The notes beneath the pieces were generated by a model. The model saw nothing but the letters and a program-made list of their open reading frames with translations, did not search any database and was not told the DNA's origin. From an uncultured Candidatus Saccharibacteria bacterium (GTDB lineage: Bacteria; Patescibacteriota; Minisyncoccia; Phycocordibacterales; UBA9973), in NCBI GenBank assembly GCA_964602465.1, contig CAZRQQ010000002.1:1-56400 (forward strand): a DNA stretch of 56,400 bases, given 5' to 3'. This document shows, one piece after another, positions 54,668-56,400 of this stretch (position 1 is the stretch's first letter; every line of letters starts with the position of its first letter). A program made the position numbers and the translations under genes.

Positions 54668-55000
54668 ATGTCAGTTGATCAGAAAAAAGTAATAGACGCA
54701 ATAAGTATTGATGAGAAATCAAATGAAGTTTTACTGTTTATTTTTGACCACCACACATGGGATGACCCAAAGAGTGATCATGCACTTATCTTGCAAGATA
54801 AAATAAATGATTATCTGTCTTATGTTGAAAGTGGAGAAATATATGAAAACAATCCACAATACAAAAACAAGCCCTTAGTTATAATTGTTAAAGGAAAATA
54901 TCCATTAAGTGAATTTGGTAAAAGCTTTTATGAAAAAGCAACCTCAATAGTGCAATGGGCTGGCTTTGATCTGAGATTTGAACATAGCTCTACAAAATAA
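54668..55000 (+). CDS. putative cognate immunity protein
   Basis: 110-aa ORF starting 2 nt after the toxin's stop codon. AT-rich like the toxin's C-terminal module. Confidence 0.45.
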   Translation: MSVDQKKVIDAISIDEKSNEVLLFIFDHHTWDDPKSDHALILQDKINDYLSYVESGEIYENNPQYKNKPLVIIVKGKYPLSEFGKSFYEKATSIVQWAGFDLRFEHSSTK

Positions 55001-55007
55001 TGTAAAT

Positions 55008-55040
55008 AAAATATCCCCGTAAATGGGGTATTTTATTTTG
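55008..55040. terminator. hairpin terminator between convergent genes
   Basis: atatcccc-gtaaat-ggggtat with flanking A/T-runs. Confidence 0.5.
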
Positions 55041-56121
55041 CCAACCGTACACGCCTCTGTCGAAACCGTTCGATCGGGTCAGCAATGAATCTGTTGAGTA
55101 ATAGTGCAAACCCTATGCTTAATACAGCAATAAACGGTCCCATATACCGCACTTGTACCGAAAAGAATGTGACGATCGTGATGACGAGAATATGGCAGAT
55201 ATAGACTGGATATGAAAGCTCACCAATCTTTGAGTCGAACTTGGAGTTCTTGGTAACGATAAAGAGAAGTGGCAAACAAAGCACCACAAGCGCGAAATAC
55301 GATGCTTCGTGAAAAACCGAAGTATTGCCAGGATAATAGAGTCCAGTAGCAAGGCCTATCGCACTGAGCGCGGTATAGAGCACTCTTTGATCAAAGGTAT
55401 AGGTTTTGATCTTTGTATATAGTCGATATGTCAGCGTACCGATCAAGAAGAATGCGAGCTCAAGTGGAAACAATCGATGTGTCCATGGATCATGGTTGAA
55501 TCCGTGAGCATAGAGATACCAACGCAACCCAAGAGAAAGAGCAATAATAGTACCGATGATCCATGTTTTCTGTCTGACAATAAATGGCGCAATTAGATAA
55601 AACATGAGCTCGATCGCGATAGTCCATGCCTGGGGCACAAATAGAAAGCCATGCAGACGAGGTGTGGTCATAGTGAAGTCCGGGGTAAAGAACAGATGGC
55701 CTGTGGTACTATTGAGTCCGAGAAACATAACCAGATCCCCACCAAACAAAAAGAGGTTGCTGATGATGAGTAGCCCAATCGCAAAGATATCGAAATGCCC
55801 TCCCTGTGAGAGATAGTTAGCATAGACGCCCACTGTTGCACTATGGTCTCCAAACATGAGCATGACAGTGCCGAACAAGATCGTGAGGAGTAATACTGCC
55901 CAAAATATAGGAAAAATACGGAGAAATCGATTGGAGATGAAGAGTTTATATGACCCTGCCTTTCCGATATATTTCTCGCTCAAAATGAGCGACATATAGA
56001 ATCCTGAAATAATGTAGAACGCTTGAACTGCGATCTTACCCCCGACGAGGTATGTCCCAAAAAATGATGAGGAGTGGGCTGCTACAACTGATAAAGCCAA
56101 GAGAAGTCTGAATATGCCCAT
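55033..56121 (-). CDS. acyltransferase family 3 (OafA-like) membrane protein
   Basis: 362 aa with 10 predicted TM helices. N-terminal ...VAAHS..F motif of the acyltransferase_3 family. Confidence 0.75.
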   Translation of the reverse strand: MGIFRLLLALSVVAAHSSSFFGTYLVGGKIAVQAFYIISGFYMSLILSEKYIGKAGSYKLFISNRFLRIFPIFWAVLLLTILFGTVMLMFGDHSATVGVYANYLSQGGHFDIFAIGLLIISNLFLFGGDLVMFLGLNSTTGHLFFTPDFTMTTPRLHGFLFVPQAWTIAIELMFYLIAPFIVRQKTWIIGTIIALSLGLRWYLYAHGFNHDPWTHRLFPLELAFFLIGTLTYRLYTKIKTYTFDQRVLYTALSAIGLATGLYYPGNTSVFHEASYFALVVLCLPLLFIVTKNSKFDSKIGELSYPVYICHILVITIVTFFSVQVRYMGPFIAVLSIGFALLLNRFIADPIERFRQRRVRLAK

Positions 56122-56400
56122 AAGATACGACCATTGTAATCCAGAATCAAATTTTAAAATAGGCCATTAATATCTATGCAAAACATATATTTTACTGCAT
56201 GGTCGCGCTCCTACTTAACAAAATCAGTACCCTGCGATAGGGTGTGCAGAATGGTATCTTTTGAGGTATCATTGATTGACAACTAAATAAGCAATAAGAG
56301 GCCTAACCCTTGGGAACACAATGTTTGCAAGGTATGGTCGTAAATCGCGACAAACGTAAAGAACCTATCATTAGGGCGTTTGTCGCGTTATATCTGGAAA

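Noticed and set aside
1-56400. CRISPR arrays and rRNA genes
   Set aside because: No regularly spaced direct repeats with unique spacers and no rRNA-like conserved stretches were seen. The repeats present are single- or double-copy regulatory modules.

Overview
This 56.4 kb window is from a small-genome bacterium. The compact ribosomal loci that lack L30 and apparently L29 suggest a Patescibacteria/CPR-like organism, but that is inference only. The first 25.6 kb is a recognisable str-S10-spc ribosomal superoperon running fusA, tuf, rpsJ, rplC, rplD, rplW, rplB, rpsS, rplV, rpsC, rplP, rpsQ, rplN, rplX, rplE, rpsN, rpsH, rplF, rplR, rpsE, rplO, secY, adk, map. It is broken at five or more junctions by AT-rich accessory cassettes. 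These are a hypothetical ORF between fusA and tuf; a MazF/PemK-like gene plus three ORFs between rpsJ and rplC; a 4 kb island between rplB and rpsS holding five hypothetical proteins (two tandem paralogs), DgkA and a GIY-YIG nuclease; and an 846-aa secreted tail-fibre-like protein with a C-terminal intramolecular-chaperone domain between rplE and rpsN. The cassettes carry recurring portable modules. One is a near-identical TTGACAAAAATATAAAA promoter upstream of two cassettes. Another is a TTGACA-N16-TAGTAT promoter plus hairpin terminator on each of three consecutive cassettes. The third is an 80-nt highly structured repeat present twice (13900-13977, 20055-20134), each time beginning at the stop codon of an inserted gene and ending in a promoter that restarts the ribosomal sub-operon. 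The last nine codons of fusA are duplicated with only synonymous changes about 40 bp downstream, the kind of footprint an insertion at a gene's 3' end can leave. Downstream of the superoperon are rplT-rpmI-infC (minus), truB, cspA, a tmRNA next to smpB, a flotillin-FtsH-CapA cluster, tRNA-Ile(UAU), recG, an RRM protein, a TMEM175-like channel and tRNA-Ser(GCU) with tRNA-like remnants. A visibly AT-rich island follows, with membrane-anchored NirK, an ArsR regulator, an ATP-cone NrdB with a short NrdA, a PNPOx-like protein and a truncated large serine recombinase. The window ends with a 2028-aa secreted SpvB/FG-GAP/RHS (Tc-toxin BC-like) polymorphic toxin. Its AT-rich C-terminal module after a DPxG motif carries a PD-(D/E)xK-like signature, and a small putative immunity gene follows it. 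No CRISPR arrays or rRNA genes were seen.
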